From Octopus vulgaris (lineage: Eukaryota), in assembly GCA_951406725.2 (NCBI GenBank), contig OX597823.1, positions 56,358,001-56,422,000 on the forward strand: a DNA stretch of 64,000 nucleotides. Reading direction: 5' to 3'. Below are positions 27,174-41,299 of the stretch, in pieces. The notes beneath the pieces were generated by a model, which was not told the origin of the DNA, did no database searches, and saw only the letters and a list, made by a program, of their open reading frames with translations. The stretch's first letter is position 1. The number at the start of each line of letters is the position of its first letter. A program made the translations under genes and the position numbers.

Positions 27174-29920
27174 TAGTTTAATCGCCGGAAAGGTGAAACT
27201 AAATTGTACCGAAACTGACGACAGTGAAATCCCAGAGTTACGTGGATAGACCTGCAGCGAAACTTACGCTTCAAACCCCCCTTTTTTTTAATTAATCAGG
27301 CTAGCCCATGAGTGCACCAAGTTTGTTTCGCATGTACAGTCTATTTATCGACTAATTGACTTGCAGGAAATCACGATACAAAGTCAGAACATCATTTCGA
27401 GATTCGCGAGGTTCGCAGTTGGGTAAAAAAAAGAAAAAGAAAAATCTTTGAAAAAATTGAGAGCTAAAAGATAACACATACTTCACCTCATACCATAAGC
27501 CAGACCAAGACAGAGCTTTACCAAAATTCTGTGGACTAACATCTCTTTATCTGTCGCTTCAAGATAACTAATGGCTAAGGAGATATAGTTATAGACACGT
27601 TATTCCACTTCATGCCATAAGCAAACCAGAAATGTGAGTAAATTCGGTTAAACTCTCATCTCAGTTTCCATTCAAAACCAATTCGTTGGGTTAATATATG
27701 TAGTTTAATCGCCGAAAAAGTGAAAGTGAATTGCGCCGAAAGTGATGACAGTGAAATCCCATAGTTACATGAACAGACCTGTAGTAACACTTATGATTCA
27801 AACCCCTTTCTCCGAGTTATTAGGCTAACCCATGAGTAAGCCATTAATGACTAGAATTTAGGCACTGTGAAAGTTGATCCTTATATCTTCTACTTGTTTT
27901 AGTCATTAGACCTCGGCCATGCTGGGGCACCACCTTCAAGAATTTTAGTCGAATGAATCGACCCCAGAACTTTTTTTTTTTTGTTTTGTTTATGGAAAGC
28001 TTGATACTTATTCTATCGGCTTCTTTTGACGAACAGTAAAGTTACAGGGACGTAAACACACCATGTATATACATTGGCCTGCTCGCTTAGCTAGCGTGGT
28101 AGCATCATTTGAAGGCTAAAACAATACGAAGCGCATTGTGACCAGCGATGTGTAGCAACATCTTATTGCCTAGTCGGTCACGGTGATCACGGTGATATAT
28201 ATATATATATATATATATATGCATCCATACACATACGCATTTTATTTAACACACACACACACACACAACGGGTTCTTTCAGTTTCGGTCTACCAAATCCC
28301 CTTCACAAGGTTTTGGTCGGATCGGTTTGAAGCTATAGTAGAAGACACTTGCTCAAAGACTAACCTGGAACCATGTGGTTGGGAAGCAAACTTCTTTATT
28401 ACATTTAATTGGCCACAAGGGCCTTACACAGAAAGGAAGCTGCGGGCTGGACACACACACATAATGATATGAATGACAAATGAAATGGTGAAAAATGAAG
28501 GCAACTGCAACTCCCGCCGATTGCTGTATACCCGAGCACATTGTTCTTTTATATAACATTTTGAGGCAATAAAACTCTTACAAAAACAAGTTTAAAAAGG
28601 CAATATACCTTCTTACATTGACTAGATACGAAGCCACTTTGAGGCAATGAACCACTTACTCAAGTCCATTTAGCTATCAAAACTACAATCTTCTTGCCCG
28701 ACCAAACTTCTCGCCTCAGAAAAACACCTGGGCCAATTTAACACAAATCTATAGGTATCCTTAGGGAAGGAATCCATTATCCTGAACAGGTCGGTCTCTC
28801 TCATGACCTTCGCAGCCACCTGCAAAGGCCAGTCAGGGTCCTCCGTACAGGACAGGACCCCCTCCCTTCGGTCCTTCGTTTTGAGCTTGCCAACACACAG
28901 CCACGCCTGCGTCGTCTGGAATGTTTGTCTTAGTCATAAACATTAAAAATACTGAATATGAACGTAACGCTACGATCTGTATATGTTATGCACTGTCCAA
29001 TAGATGACTGACTTTAATCTATTTTATTTCCTTGTCTTAAAAAGTTGAATAAAAAGTTTTTTCCTTTCACATATGAGTAATGCCATCGTATATAAATTCT
29101 GTACAAGTCATGTACTGTCAGTAATTGACTGAAAATATTTTTGTTTTGATACTTTGTTTACAGTGTTTAAACAAAATTACACTTCTTTTTTTTTTTGCCT
29201 TGCTAAAATTGTAACTTTCTACGTGATTTTTAAAAATCTGGACACCATATTTTCAATCGGTATCTTAAGCAGCTGAGGTGTGTACTACTCCGATTTAATA
29301 TATATTCAGCAAGCAACATCACCGAAAAAGGCAATTCTGTGATCGCATCTCGGCGCATGAAAGCCAACACGGTTGCATGTGATCGATGCAATCTAACACA
29401 ACTTGAAAGTTATGCACAGAGAATCGTTGGGTAATGGTTTGCGTTGATCATGTGGGTTCAGTTGTAGCATACGAGTTGGCTCTTTTTATAGCTGAGAAAG
29501 AAAAAAACACAAAAAAATACCCCATTAAATTCTAATGTGGAGACGCGCGACTTGGTGGTTAGGGTGTTGAACTCATGATTGTAAAGTTGTAGTTTCGATT
29601 CTTGGACCGAGCGACGCGTTGTGTTCTTAAGCAAAACACTTCATTTCGCATTGCTCCAGTCCACTCAGCTGGCAAAAATGAGTAATCCTGCGACGGACTG
29701 GCGTCCCATCCAGGGGGTAAATATATGCGTCGCGGAACCCGGGAGACTGGTCCTGAGTCAGTATGACTCAGGAAGGATCTTTAGCCTTAACTCTAATTAC
29801 ATTAATGCATGTAGTTAACATGCAATTTGCTGTCGTAAAAGAATAAAAGTGTCCTAAAGATGAAAATTGAAATAGAAACCAGAAGTGATGAGATCACAAT
29901 GTAAGACGAGCAATGGTACA

Positions 29921-31062
29921 CAAGGGGTGTTCGTTAAAGATTTCCCCTGAACAACTTCCCAAGGACCAACTTCTCCACATAGCCACCACCAATGGTGACA
30001 CACTTCTCCTATCACTTTATGCTGCTGTGAAGACCTCATCTGTAGAAGTTGGTAGGTTGCGTCTGGAGCCAAGACTTTACCTTGGAAATAAGTTCATCAT
30101 CCGGAAAGTGTTTCCCCTTCAAAAGAGACTTCATGGTTGGAAAGAAGTGGAAGTCAGATGGTGCATGGTCGAGAGAGTAAGGGGGATGAGGAAGGATTTC
30201 ATAGCCGCAAGAGTGTGCTTTCATCTGGGCGACACGCGCATTGTGAACTGGGGCGTTGTCTTGGAGGCGGCAGAGTCCTTTAGTCAGCATGCCACGACTC
30301 TCTGCTTTGATGGCGTCCCACAATTTCTGCAGTAGAGAAGCATAAAATGTCCCATTAATTGTGGTGCTCTTCGCCAGAAAATCCATCATCACTACTCCGC
30401 GCTGGCACCAAAAGACTGTGTACATTAGCTTGCCTGCTGAGGGTTCGACACGAGCCTTCTTTGGAGGCGGTGAGTTATCATGCTTCCATTGCTTCGACTG
30501 GACTTCAGTCTCAGGATCATAATGATGGATCCATGTTTCATCCTGTGTGATAAGTCTGCAGAAAAAGTCCTCCTCGTTTTCGTGGCACATTGCCAAAAGA
30601 GCCTAGGAGCAGGCCCTACACTTATCTTCACTTCTGGGGCCAGTTGTTGCATAGTTATGCGGCGATCCTCCAAAATGGCAGCTTCCACTTTATGGATGGT
30701 CATCAATGGCAGAATGTGGTCGTCCAGGAATAGGAGCAGTTTCCACCGATGTCCGACCAAATTTGAACTGGTGATGCCAGTGCTTGACTACGTTATACGA
30801 TGGTGCATCGTCACCACAAACTGCTTTCATCTCATTGAAAGCCTCTTTTGGTGTACGACCTTTCAAGTATAAGAATCTGATCACTGATCTGCATTTAGCT
30901 GTCTTAATCCACTTCAGTAGCCGTAACAGGCAAACAAATATGAGTGGAATGCTGTAATTTACAAAGTAGCATGCAGAGACATGTATGATTATATCTGTAC
31001 AAGATCCGTTTCCTGCAATAACCGGAAGTGGGTCATCGGAAATCTTTAATGAACATCCCTTG
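29921..31062 (-). mobile_element. mariner (DD34D) transposon fossil
   Basis: TIRs CAAGGG.TGTTC.TTAAAGATTTCC. Motifs ITQDETWIHHY, LQDNAPVH and PYSLDHAPSDF with 34 residues between the second and third Asp; broken ORF. Confidence 0.92.
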
Positions 31063-31731
31063 TATTTACATCAGATCTGGGGAATTTTTTGTGCATCAGT
31101 GACATGTTTTCCCGTAAAATGTGATCGTTTTCATCTTGTATAAAATATATATACGACTTACATGGTATGTTAAATATATGTACGTTTTGTACTTTTGGTT
31201 ATATCGCATAGTGTTTAGATGAAATTATGGGATGTCACTGTCGTCACTTTCTGGTTACTATCGCAATTTACTTTCATTTTTTAATGACAACTTTCAAACA
31301 AATTTTTTTTCAGAATCGTAATCTTCGTATTTTTCTACGGATTTCGCAAAAAAAAAAAAAAAAAAAAATTCCGGAAAACGTAAAAAATGAAGGGGAGGGA
31401 TATGAGGGTGGAATTGAAATTTTGAAAATGCAATTTTTAAAAAAATTTTTTTCAGAATCGGATCCTCCGTAACCAAAAACGTTGCATTCCGTAAAAAAAA
31501 AAAATTAATATATATCCATTTTCCCGAAAGCTATGACAGAAAAATCGGATCTTGTGAATTTTCCGAAAGTCGTTTCCTCGCCCCCACCTCAGGTTCGTTT
31601 GCTACACAGTTGTCAACACCCAGCAGGCTATTTTATTTTTAGGGGTCTTTTTTTTGTTAATGGGTGAAGGTCTTTATATTAACCGTCTACTCTCCTGAAG
31701 CCCCAAGTCAACTGCCCAGTCTGCTCATACC

Positions 31732-32146
31732 GGATCTTTTCGGTTTGAATGACAGTTTCTAACATAATTTCTAGGTAACTAAAAAATTTTAAACTTCGTA
31801 TACTGGTAGAATGAGTTTATAAAACATCTTTTTCTCTTGGCTTTATTGAGAAAATTCTATAGTTTGTAAGATATTTGTTGTTTTTTCTTCAATTTCTGCA
31901 ATTTCAACCAATCAATTACGTCCATTGAGGTAAACAACATTCTGTGCCGTATGAATATGTCCCTCGTTTAAGAAACAGATTGGGTTTATTTACATTTGTG
32001 AAGAAAAAAAAATACCCTTCACCCCACCCCTGACCCTAACCCCAAAATAGATTGAAATAGAATAAATCGATACTAGGGTCATAATTATGGGTGACAATTT
32101 CATATGACACCGCTAGAAAAAACTGCCGTTCAAACTGAAAAGATCC
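31732..32146. mobile_element. Merlin-like MITE
   Basis: TIRs GGATCTTTTC(G/A)GTTTGAA, perfect 8-bp TSD CTCATACC (31724-31731 and 32147-32154), GG..CC termini. Confidence 0.8.
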
Positions 32147-32906
32147 CTCATACCTTACGACAGCACTGCTTGTACGATAGGTTTTTGGGTTGCTTTTGTT
32201 TCCCCTCTTCTCATAAATTGAGGTGTATGTTTGTGTTCGGAGACGGTTAAGAAATTAGGGAGTGGTATCAAATTTTGTGTGAAGTGGGATGTTTGCTAGA
32301 TGTATTCCTCAGCCTATATCACTCTGATACATAGTTTCCAAAACTTTCGCATACAAACCTCTGTGCAGAGCTAAAAGTAAGTCTACGACTCATATTACTG
32401 ATTAAGTAGAGTTATGGAAAATGGAGATGAATAAGATTCTAGATATTTTGTAAATTTTTAGTGGGGAAAAAATCCTTTAGCATTGGTGGTAAATGATTTA
32501 CTTTTCGCATAAAGCCCTTTTCATTTCTCTTGTTATTTAGAAACATGAAGTTTTCTCAAAAGCGCATTTTATTTACATATGAAAACTGTTGAAAATCATA
32601 CAAAATCCAACATTTAACATTTGAATATCACCGAAATGATTTATTGAAGGAAAAATGAAAATATTTCCGCTCTGCAGAATTCGTTGCTGAAGCATACATC
32701 AGGAATCATAAAGGTGAGAAAAAGAACTTTCGGGTGATTGAGGAATAGAGCCTTACTCATTTTACTTTCCCAAAAGGGATTTTTTCTTTTGTTTTTGTTA
32801 CTTTTTTCACTTTCCACGGGAATTTTCCGTCAGTAATATATTGGTTTTCATTATTGCTATAAATATGAAAAATATATTCTGTAATTTTATATTACATAAA
32901 ATTTTC

Positions 32907-33052
32907 GGCGGAGGTAAAGAATACGTACATCACCCGTTTTCGGCGGAGGTTAAGAATACGTACATCACCCGTTTTCAGCGTAACCCTAATCCTAACCCTA
33001 ACCCTGAACCCTAACCCCTAACCACTGGGTGTGCGTATTCTTTACCTTCGCT
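32907..33052. mobile_element. Tiny MITE with telomere-like core
   Basis: TIRs GCGGAGGTAAAGAATACGTACA / TGTGCGTATTCTTTACCTTCGC, a duplicated left end, (TAACCC)n inside, near-TSD AAATTTTC/AATTTTTC. Confidence 0.65.
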
Positions 33053-34089
33053 AATTTTTCTGTTCCAGAATATCACATACACTTTGATATGCTGTAAATA
33101 TTATACAGTGTTTTGGTTAACGTGTTCACTTTTGTACGATGGTAAACACGCTAGTTGAACATTTGCTAAAACATTTTTGGTATACGTGAACACTATTTCA
33201 CCTTTTTATTTCGGCATACATACACCAGGTGCCTCATCGACTTTCATACGTACGTACACAAGTGCTCCATTCTCATAGCTTTCAGGAAAATGAATATTTT
33301 TAACGAAATGTTTTACGAATACGCTTTAGACGGTGTACATTACGATTATATTGGAATTTAATATGAAAAATTAATATAATGCCACACATCACACACACAC
33401 ATACATACACACATACATACATACATACAAAATGAAACTTGAAATTTCGGGGGAGAAAATGCGATGTGTGTCTATGTATGAATGTACGCGTGCTTACCTT
33501 TTTTTTTCTTTTCTTTTACCTTAACCTCTGATATAATCGTAATCTAGATACCCTGAAAGATATTTGTAGAAAATTTCATTAAAAAATACACATTTTTCTG
33601 AAAGTTATGAGGAAACAATGCCGCCTCATATAAATCTTCTGAAACTCTTACCCCACCTCTGGAAAAAATTTTTTTTACAATAAATGCTGATATAATCGTA
33701 ATTTACATCATCTGAGGTGTATTTGTAGAAAATTTCATTGAAAAATATTCATTTTTCTGAAAGGTATGAGCAAACATAGATGGGTGAGGGCATATTTGTG
33801 TAGGTACGGCCTTTTACTTAAAACGACATGTCTGTAACTTAGTGGCTCAGCAAAAAGGGAATGGTAGAATAAGTACCAGGCTTAGTGAAAATAAATAAAT
33901 ACTAGGATCGATTTGTTTGACTAAAATTCTTTAAGATGTTGCTCTAGCATAGCTACAATCTAATTATTGAAACAAGTAAAAGACTCTCTGAATTCGGTGG
34001 TACTCGGGCGAGGGGGCCCGGCCGCGACTTGTGTGTGGCTCGGCAAGTTTCGCGAAGAAACTGCGCGCTAGGAGGTGAGGAAAGACTCT

Positions 34090-34433
34090 GCATTCAGAGA
34101 GTGCAAACCTCTGCCAAGGCAACACCAACATCCTCTCAATGATTAGCCAGAGATGATTTTTAAAATGAGAATATCTGAAATAAACTTGACTGCTCTCACA
34201 AATGAGAATACTAAACATGAACCAGGTCGCTCTTGAAAGTTAAGTAAAAAAAACTGGAAAAATAATCCAGAATCCTTGTCCAGTACCAGATCAATCCCAA
34301 AATCTAATCAATCTATGCCGGTAACAAGGCCAAACATCCCTGAAAGTTTCATCCAAATCCATATCTTGTCCATGGACAAAACAAATATGACTGAAAACAA
34401 TACCTTTGCCTTTATTAAGGTGGAGGTAATAAA
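34090..34433 (+). mobile_element. Helentron/HINE-like non-autonomous element
   Basis: Starts CAGAGAGTGCAAACCTCTGCCAAGGC and ends in an imperfect palindrome ACCTTTGCC..GGTGGAGGT followed by an A-rich end. Confidence 0.4.
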
Positions 34434-36179
34434 AGATACCAAATGCACATTTGGTATCTCAGAAAGAGATAGACAGACAGAGATAGAGAATATTAGCTTG
34501 CATCACTGATACAACTAAGGATGAAATAGTGAGCAAACCCTTCAGACTTATACATTGTTTTCTTTTTGTTTTTCTTTTACCTGCTAAATCTGGAGGATGG
34601 AACAGTGCCCATGACCTTTCTAGGTCCTCTGAGTATGATGAGCTCAATACTGATGATGTTCTGTTTAAACTGTAACAAGTCAACATTTGCAGGAAAATCA
34701 TGAGCGGGGAGAAGTTTCCAGTGGGATGAATTTTGTGGGGACACAGGACTGGTTATAGTGGCTAGTGTGAAGCTGGAAGGGTGATGAGAAGTGGAGAGAC
34801 ATACATACATACATACATATATGATAACTGGCTAATCATGACCAAGGAAGACTATCACTGGCAATTGCCCATGCAAAATGTCAGCAATGCCTGTGCATAA
34901 GGTTATTGCACCTCTGGTCAGCTTTAGCTGGGCTCGTGCCCATGGCTTCTATGCTCACTGTGGTGTCCTCCTACTGAATCAGGCACTGGAATGTTGCCCC
35001 ACCAGAGATCACTCAACCTAACATTTTAGGTCCAATAAAGCTTGCACAACACCTCACAGACTCTCTCCACCCTACTGACTTGATCCAAAGACAAGCCAAG
35101 TCAAGATATCTACTCCCAATATAGGTCACAAACTCCAGAATGTAGGAACACTGTGATCTCAAGCACCAGCAAAAGATCCCTAAAATGTTGAATACCATTC
35201 CCTGCATGTCCAGTTTTATATCAGAGTGACCTTCTCCTAGAGATATGCTTTAACAAAAGCTAATGAATGCCTCCCTCTCATTGGTCTTCCAGCTCACTGA
35301 GGATCCATGCTATTGTTAGGTTCATCTATCCCTTTGATAGATTTTGCTTTTAGTCCTGCTGGGTTTCTGGCAACTCTCACAAGGCAAGCCTAGTGAGGGT
35401 GTTGGTTTACTTACTGACAACCTAACCATGCAACAATGTCAGGTCACTTGAGAGGTTTCTCATGAGTGATACCGGTAACAGGGAATCCCTCATGCATGCA
35501 TACATACATACATGCATACATACATACATACATACATACATACTCACACATGCATGCATATATACATACATACATACATACATACATGCATGCATATGGA
35601 AGTCCACTCTTACGCTCAAAGACAAACTAAAACAAAAAACAATCTGAAGCAATGCAACAATCCCTTTTCTGCATGTAACATTTATTATAGGGTAATAATT
35701 TGTAAGATATGAATTATAGAGCGGAATTCTTCCCCTAAAAATCTAAGTTCATCTGTACTTCGATATAAATGGGCTGGTACTTATCTTGTTCCTCCACTAG
35801 TAAAGAATATAATAACTTAAAGTGTATTTCAAGCACTATATTTGTAAATACTTCATCACTAGTCTTTAGATATGCCAATATTTTGTCTGCTGTTAAGGTG
35901 GCAAGATGGCAGGATTATTAGCATGTCAGGTAAAATGCTTAGCAACATTTCGTCTGTCTTTACGTTCTGAGTTCAAATTCCACCCAGGTTGACTTTACCT
36001 TTCACCTTTCGGGGTTGAAAAAATAAGTACTACTTGGACACTGGAGTTGATGTAATCCCCTCCTCTTAAATTGCTGACCTTGTGCCAAAATTTGAAACCA
36101 ATATTTTGTCTGCTGTAAAATCAGATATCCATCCATACATACATATACATGTGTACATGTATATATGTATGTACACAAA

Positions 36180-36225
<46 letters not shown>

Positions 36226-36869
36226 TATACATATATATATATATATATATCGATCTGTATATTATGCTTAAAGCATATACTTTGTGGAATATGATACACA
36301 TATTGGTATATTGAATTAACACTCATGTCACTCATAACATATATATAAACAAAAGATACAAATAAACTAATACATCTACCACCGACCAACTTACTATAAG
36401 CAAACTAATAACGTTACCCAACTACAACTGCATAAAATACAAACACCACACCACAGATACAACACGCTTCCAATGAAATAACACAAGTACGGGACCACTG
36501 ATAATTATATACACACCATCAATACTGAGTCATGCTAGTTTTGCTTGATGGCATAAAAGTCAAGCTGGAAGACAAACACCCAGCTCCAGTTTTGATAAAG
36601 ATATTGGTAATAATTCTAATAGCGGAGGTGCATGGCTTAGTGGTTAGGGTGTCAGCATCATGATCGTAAGATTGTGGTTTCGATTCTGGGACTAGGTGAT
36701 GCGTTGTGTTCTTGAGCAAAACACTTCATTTCACATTGCTCCAGTCCACTCAGCTGGCAAAAATGAGTAACGCTGCGATGGACTGGCGTCCCATCCAGCT
36801 GGGGAACACATATACCATTGAAACTGAGAAACCAGGCCTATAAGCCTGGCTAGGCTTTAAAAGGGCGCA

Positions 36870-37295
36870 TACTCTTTTACTCTTTTACTTGTTTCAGTCA
36901 TTTGACTGTGGCCATGCTGGAGCACCGCCTTTAATCGAACAAATCGACCCCAGGACTTATTCTTTGTAAGCCCAGTACTTATTCTATCGGTCTCTTTTGC
37001 CGAACCGCTAAGTGACGGGGACGTAAACACACCAGCATCGGTTGTCAAGCAATGCTAGGGGGACAAACACAGACACACAAATACATACACACATGCATAT
37101 ATATATATATATATATATACATACATATATACGACAGGCTTCTTTCAGTTTCCGTCTACCAAATCCACTCACAGGGCATTGGTCGGCCCAGGGCTATAGC
37201 AGAAGACACTTGCCCAAGATGCCACGCAGTGGGACTGAACCCGGAACCATGTGGTTGGTTAGCAAGCTACTTACCACACAGCCACTCCTGCGCCT
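36870..37295 (-). mobile_element. tRNA-derived SINE family A (representative copy)
   Basis: Head GGCGCAGGAGTGGCTGTGTGGTAAG..GGTTCAGTCCC with A and B boxes and an internal microsatellite. Further copies at about 3085-3335, 10277-10690, 11874-12260, 19645-20027, 20202-20945, 21894-22306, 25703-26035, 39913-40210, 52030-52428 and 52435-52870. Confidence 0.9.
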
Positions 37296-37666
37296 ATTTA
37301 TTTTTATAATAATTCTAACAATATAGAACATAGAGACTTGTTCATCTTCAAAATTTATTTCCTCTTATTTTACAATTTTTTTTAAATATGAGGAAATAAA
37401 TTTCGAGAATGAACAAGTCTCCATGTTCTATATTGTTAGAATTATTGCCAATATAGACTCCAGACAATATTACTATCCAGTGAACTGAACACGGAATTAC
37501 CTATCAGAGAAATTTACAAAGTAACTTAATTTATAAGTAAGGCCAAAAGAAAAAAATTTATAATGCCGAAAATAGAGACAACGCCAATAACCATGTAATT
37601 AATTAGTACAAGCATGTGTTTCAAAGAAAGCTGACAGAAATTTCTAAAAAATTCCGTTATTACCAT

Positions 37667-37718
37667 ATCAGACCCGATTTCAGAGTTAGTTCATAAGAAC
37701 CTTCTCTTCATCAGTGAT
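37667..37718 (-). ncRNA. Type-I hammerhead ribozyme, canonical core (Penelope-like repeat)
   Basis: Minus strand reads AUCA-CUGAUGA-AGAG[aagguucuuaugaacuaa]CUCU-GAAAU-cgg-GUC-UGAU. Stem I AUCA/UGAU, stem II AGAG/CUCU, GUC cleavage triplet. Confidence 0.8.
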
Positions 37719-38847
37719 TAATGCGGTAAAGAAATAAGTGAAATACTTACTTCACTTCCGGATATATATATATATATATCTTACTTCACTTCCGGATATA
37801 TATATATATATCTTTATTGCCCACAGGGGGCTAAACATAGAGGGGACAAACAAGGGCAAACAAAGGGATTAAGTCAATTACATTAACTCCAGTGTGTAAC
37901 TAGTATTTATTTAATCAACCCTGAAAAGATGAAAGGTAAAGTCGATCTTGGTGGAGTATACATTAATATATATATGTATATATATATATACATATATATA
38001 TATACTCCGTGCCGGTGGCATGTAAAAAGCACCATCCGATCGTTGCCAGCCTTGCCTGGCCCCCGTGCCAGTGGCACGTAAAAAGCACCATCCGTCCGTG
38101 GCCGTTTGCCAGCCCCGTCTTACACCTGTGCGGATGGCACGTAAAAAGCACCCACTACACTCACGGAGTGGTTGGCGTTAGGAAGGGCATCCAGCCGTAG
38201 AAACACTGCCAGATCAGACTGGGCCTGGTACAGCCTTCTGGCTTCCCAGACCCCAGTTGAACTGTCCAACCCATGCTAGCATGGAAAGCGGACGCTAAAT
38301 GATGATGATGATGATGATATATACATATATATATATACACATATATATATACATATATATATATATACATACACACACACACACATATATATACACACAC
38401 ACACACATATATATTTATATATATATATATATTAATTATGATAAAGTGTATTAAGATGATTACAATGTGGAAGGGAAAATGTAACCACTTAAGAATAGAC
38501 TAAATCATATTGTATCTACTCTTTGTTTATTTCATTATAATACTGTCCATTATGACATGCTAAAAAGTTTTGTTGTACTTTATAATCTGGGTCTGCTGTG
38601 TCAGTGACCAAGTTGCAGAAAAAGCATTTTGAAAATTCATAATAGACATTACTGTTAAGAAATAAATTAGAAACGGATATAACAATTTTTTCTCTGTTCT
38701 TAAATTAGCTAAAACGATTTTCCAATGATGTAATTATTTAAGTTTTGACTTGCCTGACAATTACATCACTGAAATAGAATAGCGAATATATAAAATTTAT
38801 AGGCAACAGGATATATATAACATAACACTACTGCTATTTAGAAAATA

Positions 38848-38965
38848 GCCATGCTTGTGATATGCAGAAAAGGAGTAAGAAGGAATTCTATGTGGTGTTT
38901 CATATGTAAACAATGGATATGCAATAAGTGCAGTATGATCACAGGCTGGCTGACAGAGAATGAAT
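38848..38965 (+). mobile_element. LINE fragment, PHD-like Cys-rich segment
   Basis: PCLVICRKGVRRNSMWCFICKQWICNKCS; an isolated piece. Confidence 0.45.
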
Positions 38966-40057
38966 ATCTCGTTTTTGTCTTTTATTTTTTACTTGTTTTG
39001 ATCATTGGACTGTGGTCATGCTGGAGCACTGCTTTGAAGGATTTAGTTGACAAAATCAGAACTTATATTTTTGAAGTCTGGTGCTTCTTGTTATTGGTTT
39101 CTTTTTGCTGGGTTGCTAAGTTTTAGGGGCATAACCCCAACCACTACCATCACCAGTTTTCAAGTGGGGCTGAGGGACAAACGGACATACACAAAGACAT
39201 ATACACTCACACATCTTTTATTTTTTACTTGTTTCAGTCATTAGACTATGGCCATACTGGGGCACCACTTTGAAGAATTTTAAGTTGAATGAGTCAACCC
39301 TAGTACTTACTGTGCTTTAAGCCTGGTACTTATTCTATTGGTCCCCTTTGTCAAACTGCTAAGTTATGGGAGCATAAACACACCAACACCAGTTGTTAAA
39401 CCATGGTGGGGGACAAAGACATACACATGCGCATGCACACACACATAACTGGCTTCTTTCACTTTCTGTATACCAAATCCACTGATAAGGCTTTGGTTGG
39501 CCCAGGGCCATAGTAGAAGACACTTGCCCAAGGTTTCTTGCAGTGGGACTGAACCCAAGACCACATGGTTGAGAAGCAAGCTTCTAAACTACACATGTAC
39601 ACCTGAAGGTGTACAGAAGTATTGGGTTGTCAGATGAATTTGTTTAGGTTTTTTTTTTTTTTCCTTTTATTTTAATTCTTTCCAATATTATTTGAATTAA
39701 CATGAAAAATGTTTTTATCATAGTATTCTTTTCTGTAGCTCTATTTTTTCTCTACAACATTTATTGTTTTTGAAATTGCAATAAGCTTTACCTCTTTTCA
39801 GACACATAACGATGGCATGCCAAGTCGGAGAAAACTCAACAAATATCTGACATCTCAGTGCTTATCAGAAAAAGTAAAAGTACCCACAAAAAGTATTCAC
39901 AAAGGATATATAGTCGTAGGAGTGGCTGTGTGGTAAGTAGCTTGCTTATGAACTACATGGTTCCAGGTTCATTCCCTCTGCATGGTACCTTGGGCAAGTG
40001 TCTTCTACTATAGTCTCGGGCCAACCAAAGCCTTATGATTGGATATGTATGTATGTA

Positions 40058-40088
<31 letters not shown>

Positions 40089-40451
40089 CTGTGTTTGTAC
40101 CCACAAAATCACTTGACAATTGATGCTGGTGTGTTTACATCCCCGTAACTTAGCGGTTCGGCAAAAAAGACTGGTAGAATAAGTACTAGGCTTACAAAGA
40201 ATAAGTCCTGGTCAAGGAATCAAAACTGCAATTTTGCGATCATGAATGCTATGCGTCTCCATGGAAGAAGAAGACGAAAGAAGATGTGGGAAGAAGTGAG
40301 GAAAGTTTATTTCAAAAGACTGAACTTCATGAAGGAATGTGGAGACACATGAAGGAGGAGAAAAATGTGGAGACAGAGTGTACACTGGAGAAGATCCATC
40401 AAAACCATACAAACATAATAAAACAGATATGAAAATGACGCTGCTGCTGCT

Positions 40452-40530
40452 CTTCTTCTTCTCTTCCTCCTCCTTCTTCTTCTTCTTCTTCTTCTTCTTC
40501 TTCTTCTTCTTCTTCTTCTTCTTCTTCTTC
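40452..40530. repeat. (CTT/GAA)n triplet repeat
   Basis: Read directly from the sequence. Confidence 0.95.
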
Positions 40531-41299
40531 CAATCAAGACTCACGGCATTAGCCACAAAGAATAATCTCTAATTCGAGCCTACTCTAAGGTACAAAGAAT
40601 ATGTGTGACAACTTGAAGATCCACCCACCACATGCAATGGGTTGGCGGTTGCACGGGCATGAAAGCTACATTGTTATCCTCATTCCATAAACGGTGGCTT
40701 TTAACAGGTGGAGAGCTGAACCATCCTGGGATACAAGAGGATTCGCAATCTAGGCTAGGGTCTGAAAGTTTACCACACCGTAGTGGGTTACACCATGGTT
40801 CCTCTGCTTTGTGGCAGAAGTAGGAAGAAAGAGTGAGCGAAAGTTGTGGTGAAAGAGTACAGCGAGGTAACCCCCCCTCCCGCCACAGCCTCGTGGAGCT
40901 TAGGTGTCTTTGCTCAATAAACAATCACAATGTCCAGTCTGGGAATCGAAACCGTGTTCGTATGACCACGAGTCAGCTGCTCTAACCGCTGGGCCATTGT
41001 GCCTCCACTGACGCTGCTGCTGCCACCAGAGCCAATGATTACTGTGTCTGTGTCTTAAGAGGGCAAATTGTTAGGATTGTTAGCATTTTGGCTAGAATAC
41101 TTCATAGTATATATTCTGAGTTTCTACAGTTTGAGTTCTAATCACAGCTGATCCAACTTTGTTTTCTGTCTTTTCAGGTTTTTTTTTTTAAATACCAGTC
41201 TAAGGTGATAAACAGCATTTTTTGTGGTATCTCTTCTGGCTTTTTGCACTTGGAATAGCAATACTTGCACTGGCACTGGTGCAGAGCTGTTTGGGCCTC

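Noticed and set aside
36622-36700. tRNA genes in SINE heads
   Set aside because: A and B boxes are present, but there is no complete cloverleaf and the sequence runs straight into SINE bodies.
40212-40572. Poly-Lys/Arg/Phe ORFs
   Set aside because: Translations of a (CTT)n tract.
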